Shown here one piece after another: positions 26,844 through 36,120 of a stretch of 64,000 nucleotides of DNA; the stretch's first letter is position 1; every line of letters starts with the position of its first letter. Below the pieces are notes generated by a model that worked only from the letters and a program-made list of their open reading frames with translations, was not told the origin of the DNA and did not search any database. The stretch covers positions 49,158 to 113,157 of the forward strand of contig CAZDJK010000010.1 of the NCBI GenBank assembly GCA_964505725.1, given 5' to 3'. Made by a program: the position numbers and the translations under genes. This DNA is from an uncultured Bifidobacteriaceae bacterium (GTDB lineage: Bacteria > Actinomycetota > Acidimicrobiia > IMCC26256 > DASPTH01).

Positions 26844-27523
26844 GCATGCCCTTCTACGTGCCGCCGGAACAGATGATGAAGGACCGCGCCGACTACGCGC
26901 GCAAGGGCATCGCGCGCGGGCGCAGCCTGGTGGCGTTCAGCGCGACGGACGGCATCGTCCTCGTGGCGGAGAACCAGTACCGCACGCTGCACAAGATCAG
27001 CGAGATCTACGACCGGATCGCGTTCGCCGGAGTCGGCAAGTACAACGAGTTCGAGATGCTGCGGGTCGCCGGGGTGCGCCAGGCCGACCTCAAGGGTTAC
27101 TCGTTCGCGCGCGAGGACGTGAACGCGCGCGCCCTCGCGAACGCGTACGGCCAGATCCTGGGCCAGGTGTTCACGCACGAGATGAAGCCGTACGAGGTGG
27201 AGATCCTCCTCGCGCAGGTCGGCGGCTCCCAGGACGACGACGAGCTGTATCACATCACCTACGACGGCACCGTGATGGACGAGCAGGGGAGCGCGGTCCT
27301 CGGCGGCCAGGCCGAGCAGATCGCGGAGGCGATGGCGACGCGCTACGAGCCGGGCATCGACTCCTCGGCCGCCATCCGCCTCGGCGCGTCGCTGCTCGCC
27401 GACGCCGACGGCGGCGCCCTCACCGCCGAGCAGCTCGAGGTCGGCCTGCTCGCCCGTACCCGGCCGCGGCGTGCCTTCCGGCGCATCGACGGCACCGAGT
27501 TGGAGGCGATCCTCGCCGGCTGA
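26840..27523 (+). CDS. prcA: 20S proteasome alpha subunit
   Basis: Track ORF 26840..27523. Its GTG start forms a GTGA overlap with the prcB stop. The N-terminus [27 protein letters not shown] parallels Mtb PrcA. Confidence 0.9.
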   Translation: [227 protein letters not shown]

Positions 27524-27559
27524 CCCGCCGCCGGATCCCCGTGCGTCGGCGCGGGGGAG

Positions 27560-27925
27560 CTAGAGCAGCCGCTGCACGTAGCCGAAGAACGGCGCGACGA
27601 CGGCGACGGTCAGCAGCACCAGCGCGACCACCCACGGCCAGCGCTTGCGCTTACGAGCAGGGGCGCCGGCGTGCCACCAGTCGCTCGGGGCCGCCAGGCT
27701 CGCGTCCACCTCGTCCGCGAGCAGCACGTACCGCGCGTCGTCGAGCTGCTCCGCGGGGACGAACACGTCGACCCGGGCCATGGCGCCGACGGTGAGCCCG
27801 TAGGGCCCGTCGAGCGCGCCCCGCAGCTGCGCGTCGATCCCCTCCGACTCGAGGCGGGCGGCCATCACGTGGGCCTCGAACGACCCGCTGACCGTGGTCA
27901 GGGGCACCATCGAGCGCGCGTCCAT
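27560..27925 (-). CDS. Hypothetical protein, DUF2007-like N-terminal domain with C-terminal TM helix
   Basis: ATG at 27925 (alternative at 27910) lies within track ORF 27560..28045. It has a small alpha/beta domain ([19 protein letters not shown]) plus the helix [19 protein letters not shown]. The family call is tentative. Confidence 0.4.
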   Translation of the reverse strand: MDARSMVPLTTVSGSFEAHVMAARLESEGIDAQLRGALDGPYGLTVGAMARVDVFVPAEQLDDARYVLLADEVDASLAAPSDWWHAGAPARKRKRWPWVVALVLLTVAVVAPFFGYVQRLL

Positions 27926-27995
27926 CGCGGCCCATGCTAGGCCCGGCCCGGGGAACGGCGCGGGTGCTCGCTGGCGCCGCAGTACCGTGGGCGCG

Positions 27996-29354
27996 GTGGA
28001 ACGTCGGATCTTCGGGCTCGAGAACGAGTACGGGGTCACGTGCACGCTGCGCGGCCAGCGCCGACTGAGCCCGGACGAGGTCGCCCGCTACCTGTTCCGC
28101 CGTGTGGTGTCGTGGGGCCGCTCGAGCAACGTGTTCCTCGAGAACGGCGCCCGCCTCTACCTCGACGTCGGCAGCCATCCCGAGTACGCGACGCCCGAGT
28201 GCGACACCATCCTCGACCTCGTCGTGCACGACAAGGCGGGCGAGCGGATCCTCGAGGGCCTCGTCCGCAGCGCCGAGCAGCGGCTGCGCGAGGAGGGCAT
28301 CCGCGGCGAGGTGTACCTGTTCAAGAACAACACCGACTCCGCGGGGAACTCCTACGGCTGCCACGAGAACTACCTCGTGGAGCGCGACGGCGACTTCACC
28401 AAGTTCACCGACGTCCTGATCCCGTTCCTCGTCACCCGGCAGGTGTACGCGGGAGCGGGCAAGGTCCTCCAGACCGCACGTGGCGCGATGTACTGCGTCA
28501 GCCAGCGTGCGGAGCACATCTGGGAGGGCGTGTCGAGCGCGACCACCCGCTCCCGCCCGATCATCAACACGCGCGACGAGCCGCACGCCGACGCCGAGCG
28601 CTTCCGACGGCTCCATGTGATCGTCGGCGACTCGAACATGAGCGAGTTCACGACGTTCCTGAAGATCGGCGCGACCTCGATCATGCTGCGGATGCTGGAG
28701 GAGGATCCGCGCCCGTGGCGCGACCTCACGCTCGAGAACCCCATCCGGGCGATCCGCGAGATCAGCCACGACATCACGTGCCGCCGGCGGGTGCGCCTCG
28801 CCAACGGGCGCGAGCTCTCCGCGGTCGACGTGCAGGCCGAGTACCTCAACCGCGCTTTGCAGTTCGCGAAGCGAAAGGGCCTCTCGCCGCTCGAGGAGCA
28901 GGCGCTCGCGATGTGGGAGCACGTGATGACCCACCTCGAGAACGACCCGCTCAAGCTCTCCACCGAGGTCGACTGGGTCATCAAGTACCACATGATCGAG
29001 TCGTACCGCGAGAAGCACGACCTCCCACTCACGCACCCGCGCGTCGCGCTGCTCGACCTCGCGTACCACGACGTCACACGCGCGCGCTCGCTCTACTACC
29101 TGCTCGAACGGCGCGGCTCGGTCGATCGCATGGCGACCGACGAGGCGATCGACGAGGCGGTCAACACGCCGCCGCAGACGACACGTGCCCGCCTCCGCGG
29201 GGCGTTCATCAAGCGCGCGAAGGAGCGGAAGCGCGACTACACGGTCGACTGGGTGCACCTCAAGCTCAACGACCAGGCTCAGCGCACCGTGCTCTGCAAG
29301 GACCCGTTCCGTGCGCGCGACGAGCGCGTCGAGCGACTCATCGCCAGTCTCTAG
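27996..29354 (+). CDS. pafA: Pup-protein ligase
   Basis: GTG at 27996 (alternative 27987) lies within track ORF 27894..29354. The N-terminus [48 protein letters not shown] is nearly identical in pattern to Mtb PafA. The 452 aa length matches what I recall for Mtb PafA. Confidence 0.95.
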   Translation: MERRIFGLENEYGVTCTLRGQRRLSPDEVARYLFRRVVSWGRSSNVFLENGARLYLDVGSHPEYATPECDTILDLVVHDKAGERILEGLVRSAEQRLREEGIRGEVYLFKNNTDSAGNSYGCHENYLVERDGDFTKFTDVLIPFLVTRQVYAGAGKVLQTARGAMYCVSQRAEHIWEGVSSATTRSRPIINTRDEPHADAERFRRLHVIVGDSNMSEFTTFLKIGATSIMLRMLEEDPRPWRDLTLENPIRAIREISHDITCRRRVRLANGRELSAVDVQAEYLNRALQFAKRKGLSPLEEQALAMWEHVMTHLENDPLKLSTEVDWVIKYHMIESYREKHDLPLTHPRVALLDLAYHDVTRARSLYYLLERRGSVDRMATDEAIDEAVNTPPQTTRARLRGAFIKRAKERKRDYTVDWVHLKLNDQAQRTVLCKDPFRARDERVERLIASL

Positions 29355-29365
29355 GCCCTGCCCCG

Positions 29366-30433
29366 GTGCCGTCGTTCCGGACCGGCAAGGTCGTGCGCCT
29401 GCTCGAGGAGCGTCCGGGGCTCCAGCGCATCCATGTCGACCTCGGCGACGGTCTGGAGCGCGCGTACGCGCTCACGCAGCTCACTGGTCCCGTGGGCACG
29501 GGCGACCACGTCGTCGTGAACACCACCGCGGTCGAGCTGGGTCTCGGCACGGGCGGCTGGCACGTCGTGCACTGGAACCTCAGCCGCGACGAATGGCACG
29601 AGCGTGGCCCGGGCCACATCATTAAGGGCCGCTACACGAGCATCCAGACCGACGTGGGCAGCAGCGAGGAGCACGCCGAGGCACTGGCCGAGGTCGAGAC
29701 CGTCGACGGGCTGCCGGTGGTGGCGGCCGCGCTCCACAGCCAGCTCCCGGCGGTGGCGGCGGCGTTCGCCGCCCGCGCGCCGGGCCGGCGTCTGGCGTAC
29801 GTGATGACCGACGGCGCGGGGCTGCCGATCGCGCTCTCGGATCTTGTCGCCGCGCTCCGGGCGGAGGAGCTCCTCCACACCACGGTCACCTGCGGTCACG
29901 CGTTCGGCGGCGACTACGAAGCGGTGTCGATCTACTCGGCCCTCGCCGTGGCGCGGCACGTCGCGGACGCCGACGCCGCGGTCGTGGCGATGGGACCCGG
30001 CATCGTCGGGACCAACACGCGGCTCGGGTTCAGCGGCATGGAGGTCGGCACCATCCTGGACGCAGCCCACGCCCTCGGCGGTGTGCCCATCGCGTGCCTA
30101 CGCATCTCGTTCGCCGACGACCGACCGCGGCACTACGGGCTCTCGCACCACACCGCGACCGCCCTGCGCCTGGCGACCCGCGAGCGGGTCCTGGTCGCGG
30201 TGCCGCACCTCGGTGACCCGGCCCAAGACGACCGCTTGCGCGCCGACCTCGTCGAGGCGGGCGTCGCGGCGCGACACGACCTCGTCGAGGTGGAGGCGCC
30301 GGACGCCATCGAGCTGTTCTCGCGCTACGGCCTCGCCGTCGAGTCGATGGGGCGGCCGGCCGCCGCCGACCCCGCGCTCTTCCAGGCGGCGGCGGCCGCG
30401 GGCGTGCTCGCGGCCGGCCGCGTCGACGGCTGA
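29366..30433 (+). CDS. Uncharacterised conserved protein, DUF3866-like
   Basis: GTG at 29366 is in frame with the tail of track ORF 28040..30433 and gives 355 aa. NTTAVELGLGTGGWHVV and the general layout fit my memory of DUF3866. The assignment needs an HMM check. Confidence 0.55.
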   Translation: MPSFRTGKVVRLLEERPGLQRIHVDLGDGLERAYALTQLTGPVGTGDHVVVNTTAVELGLGTGGWHVVHWNLSRDEWHERGPGHIIKGRYTSIQTDVGSSEEHAEALAEVETVDGLPVVAAALHSQLPAVAAAFAARAPGRRLAYVMTDGAGLPIALSDLVAALRAEELLHTTVTCGHAFGGDYEAVSIYSALAVARHVADADAAVVAMGPGIVGTNTRLGFSGMEVGTILDAAHALGGVPIACLRISFADDRPRHYGLSHHTATALRLATRERVLVAVPHLGDPAQDDRLRADLVEAGVAARHDLVEVEAPDAIELFSRYGLAVESMGRPAAADPALFQAAAAAGVLAAGRVDG

Positions 30434-30440
30434 GGCGCCG

Positions 30441-31373
30441 GTGCCCGACCGCCTCGAGCGCCTGGTGAACCTCACCGCGACGCTGCTCGACACGCGGCGC
30501 GCCCTGACCCTCGACGAGCTCGTCGAGCGGGTCGAGCCGCGCTACCCCGACGAGAAGGTCGCTCGCCGGCGCCAATTCGAGCGCGACAAGGAGACCCTGC
30601 GCGAGCTCGGCATCCCGATCCGGGTGGAGAGCGTCGGTGGCTTCGGCTCCGAGCAGGCGTACCGCATCGACGCGCGCGACTACTACCTCCCCGAGCTGGA
30701 GCTCACCGACGCCGAGCTCGCCGCGCTCCACGTCGCGGTCACCGCCGTCCGGCTGGAAGGCGATGCCGCGCGCGACGCGTTGCAGAAGCTCGGAGGGTTC
30801 GCCGGTGAGGCAGCCGACCCGGTGGCCGACGTGCCGGTCGTACCCGTGCTCCCGAAGCTGTTCGAGGCGGTGAGCACACACGCCCCGGTGTCGTTCACCT
30901 ACCGCGGCGAGGCGCGCGACATCGACCCCTACGGCGTGGTCCTGCGCTGGGGTCACTGGTATCTGGTGGGACACGACCACGACCGCGACGCCCCGAGGGC
31001 ATTCCGGGTCGACCGCATCGAGCGCTCGCCGGAGGTGGGGGAGGCGGGCAGCTTCGAGCCGCCGCGGGGCATCGAACCCGGGGACCTCGTGCGCGACGAC
31101 CCGCTCACCTACGGAGAGGACCAACCGGTCGAGGCTCGGGTGCTGGTCGACGCGCCGCGCGCCGCGTGGGTCGTCGAGCAGCTGGGGGACGACGCGGTCG
31201 TCGATCGGCGCGCCGATGGAGCCGTGGTCGTCGCGCTGGCGGTGGTGAACCGCCCGGCGCTCCGGCGGTGGGTGCTCGACCTGCTCGAGCACGCGGAGGT
31301 GCTCGCGCCGGCGGAGCTGCGCGCCGACATGGTGGCGTGGCTCGACGCCATCGTCGACGGAGCGGCCCGGTGA
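30441..31373 (+). CDS. pafB: WYL-domain transcriptional regulator PafB
   Basis: GTG at 30441 within track ORF 29844..31373. It has an N-terminal HTH, a WYL region (VLRWGHWYLVGHD) and sits after pafA. Confidence 0.85.
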   Translation: MPDRLERLVNLTATLLDTRRALTLDELVERVEPRYPDEKVARRRQFERDKETLRELGIPIRVESVGGFGSEQAYRIDARDYYLPELELTDAELAALHVAVTAVRLEGDAARDALQKLGGFAGEAADPVADVPVVPVLPKLFEAVSTHAPVSFTYRGEARDIDPYGVVLRWGHWYLVGHDHDRDAPRAFRVDRIERSPEVGEAGSFEPPRGIEPGDLVRDDPLTYGEDQPVEARVLVDAPRAAWVVEQLGDDAVVDRRADGAVVVALAVVNRPALRRWVLDLLEHAEVLAPAELRADMVAWLDAIVDGAAR

Positions 31374-32311
31374 GCCCGCGGCCGCTCGTCGCGCCGCGGC
31401 TCCGACGGGTGCTCGCGGTCGTGCCGTACGTGCTGGCGCATCCTCACGTGACCATCGCCGAGCTCGCAGAGCGCTTCGAGGTGTCCGAGGCCGAGCTCGA
31501 GCGCGAGCTGGAGCTGCTCCCGATGTGCGGGCTTGCGCCGTACACCGCCGACCGCCTCATCGACGTGGAGGTCGCCGACGGCGAAGTCGTCATCCGGCTC
31601 GCCGAGTACTTCGATCGTCCCCTCCGGCTCACACCCGCGGAAGGTCTCGCCCTCCTGGCCGCAGGTCGGGCGCTGCTCGCCGTGCCCGGGTCCGACGTGA
31701 GGGGGCCGCTCGCGAGCGCGCTCGACAAGCTCGAGGGGGTGTTGGGCGCCGCCGGTCGGCTCGCGGTCGACGTGGGCGGGAGCGACCACCTCGAGGTCCT
31801 GACCGACGCGGTCGCGGTGCGCGAACGCGTCGAGATCGAGTACTACTCGTTCGCGCGCGACGAGATGACGGTGCGCACGGTCGACCCGTGGCGCGTGTTC
31901 CACGCGTTCGGCGCCTGGTATCTCGCGGCGTGGTGCCACCGGGCCGACGGGGAGCGGTTGTTCCGCGTCGATCGCGTGCGCGCGGTACACCCGACGGGCG
32001 AGCACTTCGACGCACCTCCGGGTGCCGACGACGACCTGCCCCGGCTGGTGTACTCGCCCCGTCCGGACGACCCGCGGGTCACCTTGCGCATCGGCCGCGA
32101 CGCGTCATGGGTGGTGGAGAGCTACCCGCACGAACGCGCCGACCGTGGCGACGACGGTTCCTGGCGCGTCGTGCTCGCGGTGAGCGAGCCCGCGTGGCTC
32201 ACGCGCCTCCTGCTTGCCCTGGGCCCCGACGCGGTGGTGGAGGACCCACCCGCGCTCGTCGGCCTCGCTGCGTCGGCCGCGGCGGGGATACGCGCCCGCT
32301 ACCGCGAGTGA
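31370..32311 (+). CDS. pafC: WYL-domain transcriptional regulator PafC
   Basis: GTG at 31370 forms a GTGA overlap with the pafB stop. It has an HTH and a WYL region (FHAFGAWYLAAWCH). Confidence 0.85.
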   Translation: MSPRPLVAPRLRRVLAVVPYVLAHPHVTIAELAERFEVSEAELERELELLPMCGLAPYTADRLIDVEVADGEVVIRLAEYFDRPLRLTPAEGLALLAAGRALLAVPGSDVRGPLASALDKLEGVLGAAGRLAVDVGGSDHLEVLTDAVAVRERVEIEYYSFARDEMTVRTVDPWRVFHAFGAWYLAAWCHRADGERLFRVDRVRAVHPTGEHFDAPPGADDDLPRLVYSPRPDDPRVTLRIGRDASWVVESYPHERADRGDDGSWRVVLAVSEPAWLTRLLLALGPDAVVEDPPALVGLAASAAAGIRARYRE

Positions 32312-32384
32312 CCGGCGGAGGGTCGCCGCCCGCGTCGGGGTGGCGCGCTCCCACGTGCTTGGATGTGGCGATGGAGCTGCGCCC

Positions 32385-33149
32385 GTGACGGACGAGACCG
32401 CCGAGGCGACCGAAGCGGGTCGTCCCCCCGAGCGTGCGATCTCCCCCGACGGCGCCGGAACCGCGGTTGCGCCGTCCCCGTCCGGCACCGACGGCCCCGG
32501 TGCCCCCGACGGCACCGACGGGCCGTCGACCGAGCCGGCCCCCGCGCCCTCCACCGGGGAGCGCAAGCGGAACCTGCGGCGCACCCTCATCGAGTGGGGC
32601 GTGCTCCTGCTCGCTGCAGTCGGGCTCGCCCTCCTCATCAAGGCCGTCCTCTTCCAGGCCTTCTACATCCCGTCGGAGTCGATGGAGCCCACACTCGACA
32701 TCGGCGACCGCTTGCTGGTGAACAAGCTGAGCTACGACCTGCACGACGTGCACCGCGGCGACATCGTCGTGTTCACCGCCGACCCCAACCCGGGCTGGCG
32801 CGACACCGGCATCACCGACCTCGTCAAGCGCGTCGTCGGGCTGCCGGGAGAGACGGTCACGGGCTGCGCCGTGCCCAACGAGGGCAAGGTGTGCATCAAC
32901 GGCCGGGTGCTCGACGAGAGCTATCTCCCGAAGGGCACGACGACGACCTTCCCCGACAGTCCGCCACCCGGGTGTGCCGCCGACAGCCCCGCGAACGGCT
33001 GCAAGGTCCCGCCCGGTCACTACTTCGTCATGGGCGACAACCGGCCCCGTTCGGCTGACTCGCGCCTGCACGGGCCGATCAAGGGCTCGAGCATCGTGGG
33101 ACGGGTCTTCGTGCGGATCTGGCCGCTCAACCGCCTGGGGTTCCTCTAA
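32385..33149 (+). CDS. lepB: Signal peptidase I
   Basis: Tail of track ORF 32214..33149. It has the catalytic motifs IPSESMEPTL (Ser) and GDNRPRSADSR. The start is uncertain (GTG at 32385, 32355 or 32334). Confidence 0.85.
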   Translation: MTDETAEATEAGRPPERAISPDGAGTAVAPSPSGTDGPGAPDGTDGPSTEPAPAPSTGERKRNLRRTLIEWGVLLLAAVGLALLIKAVLFQAFYIPSESMEPTLDIGDRLLVNKLSYDLHDVHRGDIVVFTADPNPGWRDTGITDLVKRVVGLPGETVTGCAVPNEGKVCINGRVLDESYLPKGTTTTFPDSPPPGCAADSPANGCKVPPGHYFVMGDNRPRSADSRLHGPIKGSSIVGRVFVRIWPLNRLGFL

Positions 33150-33156
33150 CCCTCCC

Positions 33157-33849
33157 TCAGCGCTCGCTCCACTCCGCGACCGTCGCCACCATCCGGTCGA
33201 CGTGGTCTGAGTAGACGCCGTCGATGCCCATGGCGAGTACCGCGCGCAGGTGGCGGACCTCCTGCACGTCCCATGCGAAGGCGCGCCGGCCGAAGCGGTG
33301 GAACAGCTCGACCAGGCCGGCGGTCCACTCGGTGTGGTGCACGTTGACCGCGTCCACGTTCCACTCCGCGAGCTCGGCGGCATAGCGCTCCAGAGGCTCC
33401 GCCCGGGTCTGGCGTCGCGAGGAGTGGACCAGACGCACGGTCGCGTCCCGCTCCCTGATCTCGCGCAGCTCGCCGGTCCTGCCCGCGCACAGCCAGAGCC
33501 GACCGACGGCGCCCGCGGCCGCAGCCCGGTCGAGCACGGCCGCGGCCACGCCCGGCGCCTCGAGGTCGAGCGACAGCTCGTAGTCGGTGCCGAGCTCGCG
33601 GTAGAGGTCAACGAGGCGGGGCACGCCCAGCTCCGCGAGCCGGTCCGAGCCGGTCGTGGCCACCCGCATGCGACGCAAGCCCCTCCGCAGCACCGGATCG
33701 TGCACGAGTACGACCTCGCCGTCGGCCGAGAGGTGCGCGTCGCTCTCGAGACCGGTCGCCCGAGCCTCGAGCGCCCGCCGGAACGCCGGGAGGGTGTTCT
33801 CCGGCAGCTCGGAGCGGGCGCCCCGGTGGGCGAAGGTGATCGGCGTCAC
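33157..33849 (-). CDS. Glycerophosphodiester phosphodiesterase family protein
   Basis: GTG at 33849 within track ORF 33157..34524 gives 230 aa. It has the FAHRGA...PENTL...ESD motif set of the GDPD family. Confidence 0.75.
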   Translation of the reverse strand: MTPITFAHRGARSELPENTLPAFRRALEARATGLESDAHLSADGEVVLVHDPVLRRGLRRMRVATTGSDRLAELGVPRLVDLYRELGTDYELSLDLEAPGVAAAVLDRAAAAGAVGRLWLCAGRTGELREIRERDATVRLVHSSRRQTRAEPLERYAAELAEWNVDAVNVHHTEWTAGLVELFHRFGRRAFAWDVQEVRHLRAVLAMGIDGVYSDHVDRMVATVAEWSER

Positions 33850-33999
33850 CGCTGGATTCTGGCCGCGGCGAGGCCGGCGGGGCACTGCCGCCTCAAGTGC
33901 GTTGTCGAGACTGCCGATGGGCGTTGCAACAGCGGTGAGCACCGGCGGCGGCCACGGGAGACGGCGCCGGTCCGATGGGATGCGGGAGACGAGCGCACG

Positions 34000-34344
34000 A
34001 TGACGACGGTGAAGGCGCAGTGCCCGACATGCGGCGACGTGTCGCTCGGGATCGAGCACCTCACGGTCCGCACGTGCTCGGACGGCGACACGCCGGCGAC
34101 GTACCGGTTCCGGTGCCCCTCGTGTGCCGAGACGGTCACCCGTGACGCGAGCCCTCGCATCGTCGACCTCCTGGTCTCGGCGGGAGCACCCGAGGAGCAG
34201 TGGCACTGGCCCGCCGAGCTGAGCGAGCGCCCGGGCGGCCCGCCGCTCACCGCCGACGACCTCCTCGACCTGCACATGCTCCTGCGCGACGACGGCTGGT
34301 ACGACCGGCTCGTCGCATTGGTCCGCCGCACGACCCCTCAGTAG
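34000..34344 (+). CDS. Hypothetical zinc-ribbon protein (114 aa)
   Basis: ATG at 34000 within track ORF 33250..34344. It has two CxxC pairs (CPTCG and CPSCA). Confidence 0.5.
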   Translation: MTTVKAQCPTCGDVSLGIEHLTVRTCSDGDTPATYRFRCPSCAETVTRDASPRIVDLLVSAGAPEEQWHWPAELSERPGGPPLTADDLLDLHMLLRDDGWYDRLVALVRRTTPQ

Positions 34345-34353
34345 GCTCCGTCC

Positions 34354-34578
34354 ATGGCGGTCTGGATCGTGGTAGGGGTCCTCGGAGCCGGAGTCGCCGT
34401 GACCGCCGCCCTGGCCCGCCGACGCGAAGTCGAGCCCACCGTCCGCGAGTTCGCGGACTTCCGTGACGCCATCGGACGCCAGGTCGCAGGCGTCCGAGGC
34501 GAGACCACTGCGGTGCGTCGCCACCTCGACCCACCCGCCGACCCGGTCCCGCCCGGTCCCGGCTCCGAACCCGCCTGA
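34354..34578 (+). CDS. Small N-terminally anchored membrane protein (74 aa)
   Basis: Track ORF 34354..34578. It has the hydrophobic N-terminus MAVWIVVGVLGAGVAVTAAL and starts 9 nt after the previous stop. Confidence 0.4.
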   Translation: MAVWIVVGVLGAGVAVTAALARRREVEPTVREFADFRDAIGRQVAGVRGETTAVRRHLDPPADPVPPGPGSEPA

Positions 34579-34674
34579 CCAACCACCTCACGCCGCGGGC
34601 GCAGACCGCGTGCCCGCGGAGCGACGAGGGCGGAAATAGTCTGGGTGGCGGGTACGGCCCGGAAAGGAATCGCG

Positions 34675-35073
34675 ATGCCCTCGCTCGGCCCAGCCGAGAT
34701 CCTCGTCATCCTCGTCGTCGCCCTGCTCGTGTTCGGCCCCAACAAGATGCCGGAGATCGCACGGCAGGTGGGGCGGGGGATGCGCGAGCTGCGCCGGGTG
34801 CAGCAGCACCTGAGCAGCGAGCTCCACGACGTGGTGGCGGAGTTCGGCCCCGACGACGCGCCGCCGCCCGGCGGTGACGCACCCACCGTGCTCCAGCCGC
34901 CGGTGCCGCCTGTCGCGGCGACCCCCCCGCCCGCGTCGATGGGGCCGCCGCCCGCGTCGCCTTCGCCGGCCGAGTCCCCGCGGCCGGCCACGTCCGCTCC
35001 GGCATCCGCGGCCGACGACGCCGAGGCGCGGGGCCGCCGGGTGTGGCCGCCCCGCCCCGACCCCACCGCCTGA
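34675..35073 (+). CDS. tatA: Twin-arginine translocase TatA/TatE family subunit (long Pro/Ala-rich tail)
   Basis: ATG at 34675 within track ORF 34645..35073. It has the canonical N-terminus MPSLGPAEILVILVVALLVFGPNKMPE. Confidence 0.8.
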   Translation: MPSLGPAEILVILVVALLVFGPNKMPEIARQVGRGMRELRRVQQHLSSELHDVVAEFGPDDAPPPGGDAPTVLQPPVPPVAATPPPASMGPPPASPSPAESPRPATSAPASAADDAEARGRRVWPPRPDPTA

Positions 35074-35142
35074 TCGCCCCGGCGCACGCCCCGCACTGTG
35101 CTCCTGTTCCAACGCCGCCGTCGGAGCAATCCCGACGCCCGC

Positions 35143-35847
35143 ATGCCGGTCGTCGAGCACCTCGCCGAGCTGCGGCGCCGGCTGTTCGTCTCGTTGATCG
35201 CGGTCGCGGTCGCGGCGACGATCTGCTTCTTCCTCTCCACGCGGATCATCTCGTTCCTCGTCGGCTTCTACAACGAAGCCGCGCCGAAGGGGACGCCCGA
35301 CCATCTGATCTTCACCGGGCCCCTCGACGCGTTCATCACCCGGCTCAAGATCGCGACCTACGGCGGGATCGTGCTCGCGCTGCCGGTGTGGTTGTACGAG
35401 CTCTGGCGCTTCATCACGCCCGGCCTGAACCGCACCGAGAAGCGCTACGCGGTGCCGTTCGTGCTCTCTTCCATCCTGCTGTTCGTCATGGGCGGGGTCG
35501 TGGCGCTCCTGATCCTCCCTCCCGCGCTGCACTTCCTGCTGAACATCGGAGGCTCCGACCTCCAACCGCTCCTCACCGCCGACAAGTACATCTCGCTCGT
35601 CGCGTTGATGATCGTGGCCTTCGGGCTGTCGTTCGAGTTTCCGGTCGTGATCGTGTTCCTCCTGATCGCGCGGATCCTGACGACCGCCCAGCTCCGGCGC
35701 TGGCGCCGCTACGCGATCGTGATCATCGTGACCTTCGCGGCCGTGATCACGCCGAGCCAGGATCCCTACTCGCTGTTCGCGATGGCGATACCCATGTACG
35801 TGTTCTACGAGGGCGCGATCATCATCGGGAGGATGCTGCATCGATGA
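35143..35847 (+). CDS. tatC: Twin-arginine translocase subunit TatC
   Basis: Track ORF 35098..35847. The ATG at 35143 gives the typical MPVVEHLAELRRRL start. The protein is multi-TM. The 35098 start is also possible. Confidence 0.9.
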   Translation: MPVVEHLAELRRRLFVSLIAVAVAATICFFLSTRIISFLVGFYNEAAPKGTPDHLIFTGPLDAFITRLKIATYGGIVLALPVWLYELWRFITPGLNRTEKRYAVPFVLSSILLFVMGGVVALLILPPALHFLLNIGGSDLQPLLTADKYISLVALMIVAFGLSFEFPVVIVFLLIARILTTAQLRRWRRYAIVIIVTFAAVITPSQDPYSLFAMAIPMYVFYEGAIIIGRMLHR

Positions 35848-36113
35848 GCCGACGACGAAGCACCTACAAGCCGCCGCGCAACCGTCGCGAGCTCCTCCAG
35901 GCCATCATGTGCGCGGTGACGATCGTCGTGGTCACCGCGGTGCTGGTCTGGGTGTTCCGGCCGAACAAGAGCTCGGGTTCCTCGTCGACACCGCCGGCGA
36001 CGGCCACCACCGCTCCCGCCTCGACACCCCCCGCCAGCTCCACGCCCGCGAGCTCGGCACCGACCGCGAGCTCCACGCCCGCGAGCTCGGCGCCGGCCGC
36101 TTCGACTCCTTGA
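35844..36113 (+). CDS. Small membrane-anchored protein with Ser/Thr/Pro/Ala-rich tail (89 aa)
   Basis: ATG at 35844 forms an ATGA overlap with the tatC stop and lies in the tail of track ORF 35043..36113. It has the TM helix AIMCAVTIVVVTAVLVWVF followed by low-complexity STPASSAP repeats. Confidence 0.45.
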   Translation: MSRRRSTYKPPRNRRELLQAIMCAVTIVVVTAVLVWVFRPNKSSGSSSTPPATATTAPASTPPASSTPASSAPTASSTPASSAPAASTP

Positions 36114-36120
36114 GCCGGGT

